Of a stretch of DNA of 41,615 nt, positions 23,120-37,019 are shown one piece after another. Origin of the DNA: Basidiobolus meristosporus CBS 931.73. Lineage: Eukaryota > Fungi > Basidiobolomycota. Where the stretch lies: the NCBI GenBank assembly GCA_002104905.1, contig MCFE01000733.1:1-41615 (forward strand), given 5' to 3'. How positions within the stretch are numbered: position 1 is the stretch's first letter; each line of letters opens with the position of its first letter. A model generated the notes under the pieces. The model was not told the origin of the DNA. It saw nothing but the letters and a program-made list of their open reading frames with translations, and did no database searches. A program made the translations under genes and the position numbers.

Positions 23120-25767
23120 ATCGAACATGTCCGAAAACCACTGCCCCCCTGACGTAGGGATCTCCAAAGACATCCCCGTTGCCAGGGGGAACGACCCGAA
23201 TGATCCACACTTCCTACAAACCTATGCCACATAATTCATTGAATCCTAGCTTTCACTGGAACCATATGGTCTGCTGTAAATATATAATCCACCACCAGTG
23301 CATCCCCGAAGTTGTATCTCTGCTCTTCCCGTCAGCCAACCCAAGCTCTGCATCACCATCATCTATCTATATCCACCGAGTGTGCTGAGTAAGGCTGCTC
23401 TGCTGATTGATCAATATATTGGTATTATTCCTCTACTCTCCGACCCTTGCTGAAGGATCCTGGCGAGGCATTTGAATAAAAGTCGATAAACTATGATCGG
23501 TCGATTGGAATTCTCGTGCTTGTGACCTGTTATTCCACGCCACTGCTGCCACCTGGAACGAGGATCTCGGCTCATTGGTGGATGCAGCTACTTGGGCTAC
23601 CCTCGTGCTGCTATTAACATTAAGGAAGCACTGGCGAAACCGTTGGCGGGATGGGATGCACCATTGACCAGAAGGTATGAGTCATGAACCGAGCCCAGTT
23701 GGACAGGTCAGAGCCACTCAGCCTTGCCGTCTAGCTACAAAGGCGAAGGACCGGGGACTCGGTGGTGATTGACTCGGGAAAGTTGACTGGTGTTTGCGGT
23801 GCGAGTTCCGTTCAGCCTGGCCTCGACCCTTTACACCATCCCATCCATCCGGATCTGGCAATGACCAACCATATCGGGAAGATCTAGTCGCTCCATGGAT
23901 GGAAGGCCCGATTACATTGCAGTCACCAATAGCCTTTGGCATGGCATGCATTGGTTCGGTTCGAAATAGGCCGATATCCCCATGTAGGTTTGGTAAGCTT
24001 ATGTTGAAATTAAATTGGCTTTCTGGATCGCTCAGGTGAGCGGATCAAGCTTGTCAAAACTCTAATTTCTGTATGACATGAATCACTGCTCCACGGGCGG
24101 TGACGACGGCTACACCATATTGGCTTCGTGCCTCACTGTACTTCGCTTGATGTTCTCCAACTTGCTTCCTTGATGATTCATGCGTCCGCGTCTGTTCCAA
24201 GAATTCTCCTGTTTTATCGGGCGGAGGTCAAAAACATCCATATCGGCACGTATGGAACTGGATTGAACGCATCCTCTTGACTGCCAGTCCACAGTAGGGC
24301 CAGTCATGCTGGTTTCATGACTGGATTCCTGATGGAAGGTCTATCTCGCCTTTGCCCTATGCATGCTGGGGTTTTCAGGGACATCTTGGACTGCGAGCGG
24401 CTTGTGTTCTTGCACGGGTTTGTTTGGTCGCCTGGAAATCTAGACTCGCATCGGCTTTGAGACGGATCTGACTTTTGATCCACCTGGGCAGTGGAGCATC
24501 AGACAACACGTTCCAAGCTTTACGCCTGCTACTTTATCATGCGACTGCCCGTAAGTTGGTGGGGCGAATTCCAAGGCCAAGGTCACACAGCCACCCACAC
24601 AAGTATCTTTCGTTCAGTTGCGTCCCACAGAAATAGGCACTTGAAATGACTTCATGTATCTAGGCACCATTCCAAAGGTTCACTACTTCCTCAGCATCCC
24701 CACAGCTCTGAAGAATCAGCATCGTACATCATTGATCTCCTACTAAGTGGCCACGTACACTCTGGTGTGGCCTGAATAATCAGTAGCCATACCCATTGCT
24801 TCAGCATCACAATAGAGCTCACATCACCACCAATAGAATACAGGGTGGCCAATGATTTAACCAAGATGAGGCTGACTAGGGGAATCACAGAATTGGTTGT
24901 ATGATAAATGATTGATTTTGTAGAAGGGAGGGTGAATTAACAAAAACCCAGCTTTTGCTACAGTGGCCACTCTCAAATTGATCTCAGGGGCATTCATGAG
25001 ACATGAGAATCGCAACATTTACTACAGCAGCTGGAGATGAATTTGAAACCTGACTATTTGGGATCTCAAAGGTTTCCAGCCATGATAATGGGATGGGATG
25101 GAGCCAGCAGGAATGCCGGCCAAACCAGTGCTGTCGCCCTCCAGATCAATTTAACAACATGCCACAAAAGATGGGTCATTTGAAATTAGACGACAAGAGA
25201 GCAAGTGTCAGGTTGTTAGCACTGCATGACATCTGACACAGAGTTGGCGTACTCTACGAACCTTCATTGCGGGGTTTTCTGGCAGTCAGGCTTAGAGCTG
25301 GAGGCAATCAATGCTTGGATCACCTCTGTGTAACTGGGTTGACTCCTAACATCACGATATTGATCGAAACCAAATCAGTTGTTATCAGTGCAATCCAAGG
25401 GATCTTTCTGAGGCCGCCTCAACATTGCCGCCGCCCCTTCATCCATTCAGCCCGGCGAGATTGAAGAAATCTGAAATCATCAAAGGAATTCCAGGGCTGT
25501 CCCGTCAAACTCTACGGGTTGCTTTCTTTTGCCAAAGCATCAACAATCCCTGGAATCCCCCAGGCCGGCAATGGCCAACCGTTCCCACCACGATTCTATG
25601 GCTGGAAGACCCTTTCCCACTCTTGCATGGGAGGGGCCAAGAGGAATCATTCGCACTGGCCTGGCATGGATTCGGCATTATTTCTTGTTTATTGGATTGA
25701 AATATGGATAGAATTAGGTTTCGAGAAGCGAAGGTTTGTGGCATACCGACCACCGCAGTAGAATGGT

Positions 25768-28700
25768 TTACGAAGTCATGTTTTGCTGGTACACAAGGCT
25801 GTGGTATTGCCCGTGCAGAGCCAATAGTTCCTCATGGGTCCCTTGTTCCGCCACAACCCCGTTGTTGATGACGAAGATCACATCCGCTCTCTGAATGGTG
25901 GATAGCCGATGGGCCACCGCGATCGTCGTACGTCCTTTGGCCGCATTATCAAGCGCAGTCTGCACGACCTTTTCTGACTCGGCATCCAAAGCACTGGTGG
26001 CTTCGTCGAGCAGCAGGATCTTGGGATTTCTGATCAACGCACGAGCAATGGCGACACGTTGCTTTTGGCCACCGGAGAGCTGAGACCCCTTGTTGCCCAA
26101 TTGGGTGTCGTAGCCTTGGGGAAGCCCTAGAATAAACTCGTGGATGTTCGCCTTCTTGGCCGCCTCTTCGACTTCAGTCTGGCTTGGCACACGATCCACC
26201 AGGCCGAAGCCGATATTCTCCCGGATGGACATGTCGTACAATGTGACGTCTTGACTAACAAGGGCGATATGCTTACGAACATCGTTGATGTTGGTGCCCC
26301 GGATATCTTCGCCATCCAGCAGGACGCTCCCTGACAGGACATCATAAAAACGCTCCACTAACCCGATGACCGTACTCTTACCGCACCCAGAGGGGCCCAC
26401 CAATGCGGCAAACTGCCCGGGCTTTACGGTCAGGTTTAAGCCACGTAGAACGGGGATCTCGGGACGGGTCGGGTATCTAAACCGGACATTCTTCAACTCC
26501 ACGTGTCCATCAATCTGATCCACCCTCTTTCCCATGTCTTTCCAAGTGTCGATAAGTGGCTCCCGATCGAGTAGAGCAATGATACACGAGGCAGCTTTCT
26601 TGGCCTTGCCGATATTAGGCACGAACGCAAAGGTATTTCCCGCACTCTGGGCACCCATCACAACCGCCATTAGGACGACGAAGAACTGCTCTTCGGTGTA
26701 TTTCCCCTCGGCGAAAAGCTTCCCTCCGTACCAGAAGGCAAGACAGTTGATCAGGTAGATCACCGACTGAGATCCGGCGAAAATCAGCGAGGTGACGAAT
26801 GCGTTCTTCTTGCACGCTTTGTGGGGCTCCTCGAGTCTGACATGGTATGCATGGGAGACATCCTGTTCTCGGGTGAGGGATGCCACCGTTCTGATGGAGC
26901 TTGCTGCCTCACAGGCCAGTTGAGCAGACTTCTCGTAGATCGCTTTGGTGTCGTCCTGGAAATCCATGTACAACCGCATCTCCACTATCCCCGCGCCAAT
27001 CAAAACTGGAATGCCAACCATCACCACCAAGGTCATCTGCCAACCGTAAACCAACGCGACAATGAAGCCCACAATGATGGTGACCAAAGCCTGCAACACC
27101 GTCCCAAGGGTGGACCCACTCATCCCTTGCACATTTGTCGCGTCGGTGGCTAGAGCAGATACCAGAGCCCCAGTGCTGTTGTTTTCTCGGTCAAACCAGC
27201 CTATCTCTTGGCGCATGATGCTGGCAAACAGCATGTTCCGAATCCGCTCGGTCAGCCTCTCTCCAGAAATCCCGAAGAATGACACTTGGATCAACTGGGC
27301 AAAGAAGCTAACGATCCCGATCACCAGAAAGATCAACGACCAGAAGTTCATGTCGTCTATGTCGACTTCCGGCTTCGCGAACACCTTCATGATTTGCGAG
27401 AACACGATGGCGTATATCGGATGGATAGAGCCCGAGACAATTGCCCCGAACAAGCCACCACAGATAAACCCGACCTCCCTCATGTTCAAGCTGAACACGC
27501 GATAGACCACATACCAGAAGGAGTACTTTTGCTCGACCCCCGCCTCGATGCCTTTGTTGTCGGTTGAGTAAATGGAGTTGTTCGTAGGGATGTGTCGGAT
27601 GTCATCTTCTTTAAGCTCGGGACGAGAAGGATCTGTAGTGTATATCGGGCCGGTATGCTCCTGACCTTGATCCTTGATTTTCTGAAGCTCCACTAGCTTG
27701 CGGTATACGCCATTGGTATTCAGCAATGAGGCGTGAGTACCGGTTTCGATGATCTTCCCTTTGTCCATCACGATAATATCGTCTGCGTTGTGGATGGTCG
27801 AAAGTCTGTGCGCTATGACAATGGTCGTTCTACCAGCGCTAGCACGCTCCAAAGCTTGCTGCACGATTCCCTCAGATTGGGTATCCAGGGCAGAGGTGGC
27901 CTCATCAAGCAACAGGATGGAGGGGTCTTTCACCACAGCTCTCGCAATAGCGATTCGCTGCTTCTGTCCACCAGAGAGAAGGAATCCCCGCTCGCCAACC
28001 TGCGTGTCGTATTGCTGAGGCAAATCCATGATGAAATTGTGAGCATTCGAGATTTTACAGGCTTCAATGATCAGCTCCATCTTCTTCTCTTCGCTGCAGT
28101 TTTCATGTGGGGTTCCGACCAAGCCATGGGCAATGTTTTGAGCAACGGTGCATTTGAAGAGTGTTGGCTCTTGCGACACCAATCCTATCTGCCTTCTGAG
28201 CCAATGGATGTTGTACTGGTCAATGGGCAGGCCATCCAGCTGGATTTCGCCTTGTATCGGGTCATAAAATCTCTCAAGCAGCTGAATGATGGTGGATTTT
28301 CCAGAGCCACTCGGGCCAACGAGGGCTACGGTCTTCCCGGCTTGCACCGAGAAGCTTACGTCATTCAGGACGGTGATGTTCGGACGTGAAGGGTAGTGGA
28401 AAGACACACCTTGAACACTGATGGTGCCCTTGGTTTTGGTGTCAGGTTGAACGCCGTCCTCTGATGAAGAGTCGATGATAGGCACTCGATGAATGACCGA
28501 GTACAGCTTCTCGGCAGCCCCTTGGGCAAGACTGAATGCTTGAATATTTGGGCCTATGTTACCAAGGGAGAAGGCACCAATGATCACGGCAAAGAGAACG
28601 TTCATCACGCCTCCGGCGTCCAGCTTACCTTGAGTGATCAGCTTTCCACCGTAGTAGAAGGCGAGGGAGTAGGCCGCGTAGATGATGAAGAAAATCGCCG

Positions 28701-29641
28701 CCACCCCAACGCCGTTGAAGATCTCCTTCTTGATCGACTCCCGTTTGGCGTCGGTGATATTTTTGCTGTACATGGTGGCTAGCTTTCTCTGCTGTCCGAA
28801 TGCCACGGCGTTCCGAATCGAAGAAATCACCTCCTCGGCAAGAGTCCCGGAGATGGAGTAGAAATCAAGGGCTCGTTTGGCGTATTTCGTGCTGAATACG
28901 CTGAGAATGCCAATACATATGGCAATCATCGGGATGATGCAGCAGAGAACCAGTGTGAGGGGCCAGTTCCTGGTGAATGCCACCACGAAGGCAGCAATAA
29001 ATGTTGAGAGATATGAGACGGTATGAGGGACCTTCTCAGTGATACCGTCTCTAATCAAATGCGTATCGTTGGTAATCCGAGTGGTGATCTCGCCCGCCCC
29101 CAGGCCGTCGAACCAGGCAATTTCTTGGCGAAGAACAGCAGCCAGATATTGCTCACGAATATATCGCGTCTGGCGTTCTCCAGCCCAGATCCAGCAGCTC
29201 ATGTAGGTGTAGGCGGCGATCGCAACACCGATGGCGAGGTAGATAAAGTAGAGCGAGAATTCGTTGATTTTACCTTTGATGAAGTCCTCGCGCTCTAAGG
29301 CAGTGGCGAAGTCGTCCGGGGAAACCAGAAACACATTGATCAGGTTACCAAAGATAATGCTGCGACAAATCAGTTTGGTTATTTAAAACAGCAATGCGAA
29401 AATGTGGTTGGGAACAGTATACACACGTCATAAGAGGCATGGCTGCTCCTGTGGCAACAGCGCAAACAATCCCCAGGCTCATGAGCATCCAATCGAATGT
29501 GGTTGCGAACTGGAAGAGCTCAATGAAAGAAACCTTCTTGTCGCCAGGCTTTTTATCAGCATCTAACCCACCCCCACCAGCATCAATCACCGCATCCACA
29601 TGATCGGTCTGATTGTCAGGCTTCTCAGATGTTGTAGTCAT
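25768..29641 (-). CDS. Full-length ABCB (MDR1/P-glycoprotein-type) ABC transporter, ~1268 aa, 2 exons (29641-29427, 29359-25768)
   Basis: TMD-NBD-TMD-NBD layout; Walker A GPSGSGKS and GPSGCGKS; signature LSGGQKQR twice; Walker B LLLDEATSALD twice; 67-nt GT..CAG intron joins VSFIELFQFATTFD..GAAMPLMT to IIFGNL. Confidence 0.97.
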
Positions 29642-30803
29642 TTGAAAGACGGAATATCATTTCCCTGACGTAGCGCGGGGTTTTATAGCTCGTTGTTGGA
29701 AGGCCAATCTACGGGTTGGATGCAAAAAGAAACTTCTCGGGTTACACCGCTCAAGCCTTAGTGTGGAATTTGGACTAATGTTGTTTTTGCACTATCTAAT
29801 CGAATGTCTCACCAACCTTATTTTTATGTGTGCTCAAGTGAATCACTCCTCAAGCGCTCATATGTTGATGAGGAATCCAGCCGTCCTAAAATGGCAGGCT
29901 GCAAGATACGGAAATGGTATAAGCTCCTAATTGATTTGCTTTGAACATATATGCATATATGCAACCGAGGTGTAGTCCGATTAAGTAGCTGATGCTCTTT
30001 ATCGTATAATTGTCTTTAAAACCATTTCTCTACATTTGTCAAGGACAGAATCAGCGACGATTCCGTAGCACACTCCTTCCATGGTCACACCACGTCTAGC
30101 TCGAAATATGCAGCGGACTTTCTGTGCTGGCGGAGTTTCCTAATTGCTGCGGCACATTAATTGGGTGAAGATTCAATGCTTCCGCAGGCTGCGTGACTTG
30201 ATGGACCCCAGCTGCACTACGGTGGGCATTTTCATGATGTGCACTCTATATCCGATGCCCTGACTATGCTATCTGTCTGTGGCGGGTCGGCCCGATTGTT
30301 ACGCCATTAATTAACTTAACTCACTCGTTCTTTCTAGACAAAGATTTAACCCCGAGAACAGGGTTCCAAAAATTGATTGGGCTTAATATCCAGTTTCCAG
30401 CATAGGCCGATTCAGTACTCCTTCACTACCGACCTCTACCTTCTCTGGGCATGAACGCTTTTCTTGTTTGCAACCTTCCAGCTTATAAACAATAATCTCG
30501 CTTGTGGGATAGGTTTGATTTGTTGGGCCTTCGGAATTTTGGAGTCCGGACCCGGTGCCACAATACGATTCTTCAGATCCAACAGGCTCGCTCATTTCAG
30601 CACTGAGACTTTGAAATATTTCGGATGATTGGCTGGGAGGCGACCAAAAACATTTTTTTTCTTGCCCACTCGTACTGGTTTACTAGTTGAGCCCTGCTCT
30701 GCAAGCAAGCCTATCCACGGTCTCCTTTCGCACTTTCGTGGGTGAGTAAGCATTGATCAGCGTCAGGTTACGCAGAAAAAACCACTTTTAGAGTTCTTAC
30801 ACC

Positions 30804-31716
30804 ATGGTAACGCACATATCTCCCCATCTCCTCCCCAAGCCAGCCCTGTTGATATTAACTTATTTCCATTAGCCGCAAAACGAGCACATTGAAGAGTCCA
30901 TCAAGCGACATGGTCGTCGTATGGATCATGAAGAGCGCAAGTAAGTGAACCTTCAATATCTCATCGCATATTTCTTCTTCGACTAACCCGCTTCAAACGA
31001 CAAGGCGTAAGAGAGAGGCGCGTGAAGTTCACAAGAATGCTGCGTACGCTCAAAAAATCCATGGTTTAAAGGCCAAGATGTACAACAAGAAACGACACTC
31101 CGAGAAGATCCAGATGAAGAAGGCAATCAAACAACATGAGGAGAAATCTGCCAAACAGAAGAGCGATGATGCGGTGCCTACGGGAGCGGTCCCTGCATAT
31201 CTTTTGGATCGTGATGGAGAGAAGCGTGCCAAGGTACTTTCCAACATGGTAAAGCAAAAGAGAAAGGAGAAGGCTGGTAAATGGAACGTGCCCTTGCCTA
31301 AAGTCCGAGGTATCGCTGAGGACGAGATGTTCAAGGTTATTAAAACCGGTAAAAGTAAAACCAAGCAATGGAAGAGGATGGTCACAAAAGCAACCTTTGT
31401 TGGTGACGGGTTCACTCGAAAGCCACCCAAGTACGAACGTTTCATCAGACCTATGGCCCTCCGCTACAAGAAGGCTCATGTCACACACCCAGAGCTTGGC
31501 GCCACATTCCACCTCCCTATTATTGGTGTGAAGAAGAACCCACAGAGCCCATTCTTCACCCAGCTTGGTGTCCTCACCAAGGGTACAGTTATTGAGGTAA
31601 ATGTCAGCGAGCTTGGTCTCGTCACAACTGGTGGCAAAGTTGTTTGGGGTAAATATGCCCAGATCACCAACAATCCCGAAAACGACGGATGTATCAATGC
31701 TGTACTTCTTGTATAA
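30804..31716 (+). CDS. NSA2: Ribosome biogenesis protein NSA2, 260 aa, exons 30804-30806, 30873-30940, 31005-31716
   Basis: Spliced product [30 protein letters not shown]...[59 protein letters not shown]; GT-AG introns, with a GACTAAC branch point in intron 2. Confidence 0.98.
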
Positions 31717-32159
31717 CCACATTTCATGCAAGACGATGATTCTGGTCGAGAGCATAGCCCCTCTTAATGACTCTTCCTAAATCAACACTTTGATCGCCCT
31801 TGGCGATAGCCTACATACTACTTAATCCTCTGCAACCCTTCACTTTAGTAATAACCCACTTTAGACTCTATATAATAGCCCCACTAGAATAGTAGAATTT
31901 GTCTCTAAGCTTGATGTGAATGAATAAATACGGCGCCGAATATTTGCCTATGTTCAGTTTTGGAAGGGATCTTGCGGGGTTACGACGCGCGACGACACTA
32001 TGTCGCTAGACCTGGTAGAATCCTACCTACCGCCATGTGTTTAAATCTGTAGCGTGAATTTATTCTGTCGGCGCTAGGCTTGACAAGGCACAAATGACAG
32101 AAAGTGACTGGATGTAGTAGGTGAAAGGTAATCGAGTGGAAAGCTAACTTCTGCGCAGA

Positions 32160-33361
32160 TCAAGGGCCCAGTTTCGTTGCACGAACCCTGACTTTGGGAT
32201 GCTCGATGGAACCTTTCGACTGAATCAACCTCAACTCACAACGACGAACATTGGTGGCAGTGGTGGGTTTCGAGGTGATGCCGTACTTTTTCTGCTCCTC
32301 CACTGTTCTGGCCAAAATATCTATCATGGTGGCGATACCTTTCTCGCAAGCTACCGTCAAGCTTTCTTCCACCGCTTGCTCAGACTCCTTCTGCAGATGT
32401 GCCAATATAAGTGCGGCCAATACATCCCCAGTTCCCGTGAAATAGCCGTCCAGTTGCGGGAACTGAAGCGAGAATTGGTTAACCTTCGATCCCCTTCGTT
32501 GACTGCCATATAGAATCAGGGTATCTTTGGGAGTGTCCGATAATTGGCAACTTGTGATGACGACATGTTCAATTCCAAGATCATGAAGTCTGTCCAGGCA
32601 CTCGTGGACATCACGTAGTGTATTGATCTTCAGACCAGTCAAGCACTCAGCCTCAAATTGGTTGGGGGTGATGACGTTTGCTTGTTTCGCTAGTTCGTCG
32701 CGGTAAATAGGCACTGCTTCCTCGGGGATATAGAACTTCCCATTGTCGCCTAACACGGGATCGAGAACTGTTGAAAGACAAGGCAAGCTTAGCATGGTTG
32801 TGATGATAAAGCAATGGCATATAGCTATCCGAATACCGTAAATCAGATTCGGATTCTTTTCACGTAGTTTCTTTAGAATCTTCGCAACTACACGAAGATT
32901 CTCTGAATTCCCGAGATATCCTGTCATGTAAATTCGGTACATGAATTTGGCACTCGAGATATATACTCTAGTTTAAAAAAGGTTTACCGGTAAGAAGATG
33001 CGTATAGTCTTCTAGGCCATTAATTTCTATCCCTTTGAATGCCTCCCACAATTCCTCCGAGGTTAGTCTCTGACCTGACCATGATGGATATCCTGTTAAG
33101 CACGTATTTAGAGCTCCGGGATACATCAGGCAGTAGAGAGACAAAATAATCTACCTGTATGGTTGGAAAACTGAACAGTATTCAGGTTATCCACGTCAAA
33201 GCCGAGTAGTTGTAGAGGAAATACTGCGGATTTGTTGCCTTGTCAAGAGTGTCAAAATATTTTGGCGAGGTGATAGACAGTTGTACCAGAGCCAACTCAC
33301 CTACATATCCATGAACCACGTGAGATTGAATGCATAAAACTCTTCTGTCCTCTCCAGTCAT
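32160..33361 (-). CDS. PDXK: Pyridoxal kinase (PdxK/PdxY family, yeast Bud16-like), 313 aa, 5 exons (33361-33301, 33238-33155, 33092-32988, 32920-32837, 32767-32160)
   Basis: [43 protein letters not shown]; LTGYLG; LDPVLGDNG; TPNQFEAE; FTGTGD anion hole; four canonical introns restore one frame. Confidence 0.96.
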
Positions 33362-34590
33362 GTTGTGCTGTCTAAAGCAAGAGGGCCTGAATAGAGGATA
33401 CTTTGTTCGGAAGAAATTGCGAAATCCTAAATAACGATACAAATAGCCACCCATTATAGTATCACTTGTCAACAGCTATATTTTAATAGGCATCTATTGG
33501 CGCTCAAACAGCTCGAGCCAATTACATTGCCAGATCAAAGATGGTTGCAAATTCAGTGGGTTTTTAGTAATCAAAGCGTGATTCCCCGTTCTTAAACGGG
33601 AAAAACATCTAATTGAGTTGCAGTCGAGCATACCTCCAGTGCTAGGGACTTTGTTCAGTGTTTCAATGGATGCAACTGATTATCTTTGATGGTATTAGAT
33701 GATATCAATCATTATCGGATTGGCCGTAGCTTGTAGTTTACCATTGAGTATAAATGACGGTAACTGCGTGTGGTAGCTGTATGAAACAATGCATACCCCT
33801 TATTCTATATGAGCATACCACTCGTTTTCCGATCAAATGCCTTGCATAGAGGTTGGTTTGGCACTTGATACATCTGGGCATATACCGGCTATAACATCCA
33901 CGTGCTGGCGGTCCCGCGACTTTGAAAGTGCCACTAACCCCTTGAACATCAATGGTGACAACGCCCGCTTTAATAGTTGTATTGACAGACTTTGCAATGC
34001 TAAAGCCTCCAACATGTTTTGTAGGCTCCGGAGGATTAGGCAGATGGAAGCATCAAAATTCCAGAATTAGCTGTTGCCAAACCCATAATTACTCCCAGTC
34101 AATACAAATCCTGCAACACACTCCCGAGTGAAGTGTTAATGGTGCTAAGATGGCATTTGATCTGCAGCACACTACCAAAGAGGAGATGTTCTTCTACTCT
34201 TTGGCTGCCTGAATGCACCCAGCCATCCAGCAATAGGTGGAATATCTGCCACCTCCACTGCATACATGATGTTCTTTCACCACAGCACCCCACTGAAGGA
34301 GAACCTACCAATGAAGTATAAAGTGTGGCTTGGTGGTTGATGAAAGGGAGTGTATGCTGTCACCATTCAGTTACATCCTTCAAAGAATCTTCAAGAGTAC
34401 TATTTGCTGATTTCTGAGCAACTGACGATCCACTTTGGAGATTTATTCTATATGTATGTTGCTGCCAAACGGTTTTCTTTGCTTCACGAAATATCAAGCA
34501 TTTGACTGTTGCACCAGGATTCATGTAAATTGATGGAGGCAGAGTATACGAGAACCACCAGCATCGACCATTCTGATACAAGATGTATAC

Positions 34591-34609
34591 ATAGATAGAT
34601 AGATAGATA
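34591..34609 (+). repeat. (ATAG)n microsatellite, ~4.75 units
   Basis: atagatagatagatagata. Confidence 0.85.
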
Positions 34610-34629
34610 AATCACTCTTCAGCGCGACC

Positions 34630-35350
34630 AGTGGGATTCACAAAGCCTACTATGCACTTGAATGATGCCCAAGATGTCGACCAACGCACAATCATTCAAA
34701 AACAAGTCCAGATGGTTACGGCTGTGTCACACAGCAATTTTCGCCATGGATGGTTTTGGACAAATTTTCGATGTATTTATAATCAGTGCTCCATGTCAGA
34801 AATCACCAGAGACTTGGGGGTTTTGTGTGGACACCCCCTCAAATGTTACGTCTCCGTCTCTAGTGGACATGTCTAGACCGTTGAACAGATTGATCTGGAC
34901 GAGGTCAGCCACTGAACCGCAAAGCATGTCCAGTTCAATGTTATTCGAACATCGCCCTGTTTGACAATCATGTTACCTTCATCTCCGACCTGACTCTTTT
35001 CAGCTCCCTGAATCCCGTCACTGTGCTGAATGGGATGTTGCCGGGGCGCTTGAGGTTGAGTGGATGCCTCACCTTAGCGCCTTCCTAATCGGTCGTTGGA
35101 GTGCACCAAACCGCTCGTTCCTTCAGCCGACGCACATCCCACGGGTTGCGCGGGTGGAGTGACTGGGGCCGACGGTGAATGCCAGTCCACCTGATCCGAT
35201 TCGATGCTGTGATCAACAGAGACCGATGAACCAACAACAACTCTACAGGGAACATGATGTTCAGCGCTGGCACTCCAGGCTCGCTGCTCCTCCTTGTCTA
35301 TGTCGGTGGTTGGTGTTGACAGGGCATGCATTGGGCGGGGCAGTAGCTTG
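34630..35350 (-). pseudogene. Decayed gene, paralog of 37864-38280; possible single-TM protein with a beta-rich tail
   Basis: Frameshifted, stop-containing segments FPVELLLVHRSLLI, SPSAPVTPPAQPVGC, IVKQGDVRI, STRDGDVTFEGVST; nucleotide homology to the inverted copy at 37875-38240. Confidence 0.45.
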
Positions 35351-36194
35351 ATTGGTGGCGGATGTCAGGTGAGGAGGAGAGGGGCAGGGGAGAGATCTTG
35401 CGCAATCTGACTGAGTGAAACAGTGCAGTGAATAGCTTCAGGATACGTGCAGCGGCTGGGAGGTTGAGTTGGTAATCAAAGTGATTTGATTGCCATATCC
35501 GGCGCTACAAATAAACATTTTGAATTTCCTTGCGTTACAGTAGCGGTGATAGGAAACGATCCGAAGATATCTGACAACATGTTCACAACGGGACAATCTC
35601 CACGACGAGCGATTTCCTGCGGGATCCCATTGGCTCGAGGGATATTCATCCACGCCTGAGGCCGTTCCATTTCGGGCACTTGAACACAATCGCATACCAT
35701 ATGTGGGCTTCTGCGAGTGGATTTAAAATCGCTTTTTTTTCATTTCGGCGAGCAGTCCGAAATGGTCGCTGATGCCATTTCTACAAGGATCACCTGGCAC
35801 GCGGCTTCGTTCGATACCCACGCCGGTGGGATGCACTGGGATGGTTTCGAAGGCAAACGCATCCAACTTTATTTCAACATATTTACAGATGAAGTCGTTT
35901 TCCTTTTACTCTGTGGCAATGCCTTGTGCAGACAAGCAGCAACACCACGAGATTCGGTTCTTAAGCAGAGACTAGCACGAGGTAGTATGTGAGGACAGGC
36001 GTTCGGTTTAAGTATACAGCGGTTAGAATCAAAGTGTACAAGAGGGGGTGGAAAGCCGAGAGTTATTGGGTGATGGATTAGAGTTGTTAAAGGTTCAGTC
36101 GAGATAGCAACACCCTACTAATGATCGTCTCCTCCCCTTCACTGCATTGTTCAATAGCGAGGAGAGAGAGATAGGGCTGAATCTTGCAAGGGGT

Positions 36195-36787
36195 CTAGGC
36201 CATAAATACGCGGGTACATATGTTGTAGGCTTCCGGTCCCAAATGTAAGAAGACGACGTTGGCGAGTGTCTCGTCGAAATTCTCTTCGTTGATCTGCGTG
36301 AGCCATTGCTGGTCGTTCCTAGTATAAATCCATTGCAGAATACCGCCAAAAGTGTCCACGCTTGGAACTTGGATGCGTAGCTGGGTCAACCGACTGCTAA
36401 GGCATGATGATGTATGCTTCTTCTCGAGGCCGTTTATGGCACCATTGGAAGCAATAGAACATTTCTGGCTGAACAGACATTGAAATAGCTGACTTGAGTC
36501 CATAAGCTTTTGTTTTTCTACATAGAACTCTTGTTTTTTGCCCGTTCGATCAGTAACGCAGAGGTGGCAGTCGCTGGCGACGGTTTGAAAGGAAAGACTG
36601 TCGACCTTGGCGTGCACATCATCACATCCATAGCTGAGTGTGCTGCCACTGCTGCGGTCGGCTGTGAAAATCGGGTGCTCGTTTGACGACGAGGCTAGCA
36701 ACTTCTATCAAAGAATAGCAGAAGAAAGGGTGTCAGCCATTCTGCTGCATTAAAGCGTATACCGACAAATGTACCTACCTCAACCAT
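36195..36787 (-). CDS. Small BTB/POZ-domain protein (~172 aa), exon 1 36787-36779, exon 2 from 36704/36701 to 36195
   Basis: ATGGTTGAG|gtaggt..tag/aag splices in frame onto the 168-codon ORF; BTB-like pattern DCHLCV..QEFYVEKQKLMDSSQLFQCLF...LRIQVPSVDTFGGILQWIYT. Confidence 0.75.
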
Positions 36788-37019
36788 GGTGTAAATTCTT
36801 GGATATAATGAGTATAAGAACACGCAAATCCGCAAGGTAAAGGTTCTATCGACTCTAGCGAAGATTGCTCGAAATAAAACTAGTGAAAGAGATGCAAGTG
36901 AACCTCATGATAGCTGGTTATTTATATCCACCGCTCCATATTGTATCACAAATCGAGTTAATTTACAAATATGGCCAGTGGCAGCATTCTGCAGCTAGGA
37001 TTTTAAATCAATGAATCAG

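Noticed and set aside
24060-24520. Protein-like minus-strand frames (QVDQKSDP.., MTGPTVDW..)
   Set aside because: Short, stop-interrupted and without family signal; too weak to call even as a pseudogene.
25895-29298. Multiple plus-strand ORFs, including the 218-aa ORF at 27733-28389
   Set aside because: Antisense shadows of the codon-biased ABC transporter; no independent motifs.
30383-30595. 70-aa minus-strand ORF in the ABC/NSA2 divergent spacer
   Set aside because: No recognisable motif or splice support; could be a small gene but cannot be supported here.
31050-31755. 229-aa and 131-aa minus-strand ORFs
   Set aside because: Antisense to the highly conserved NSA2.
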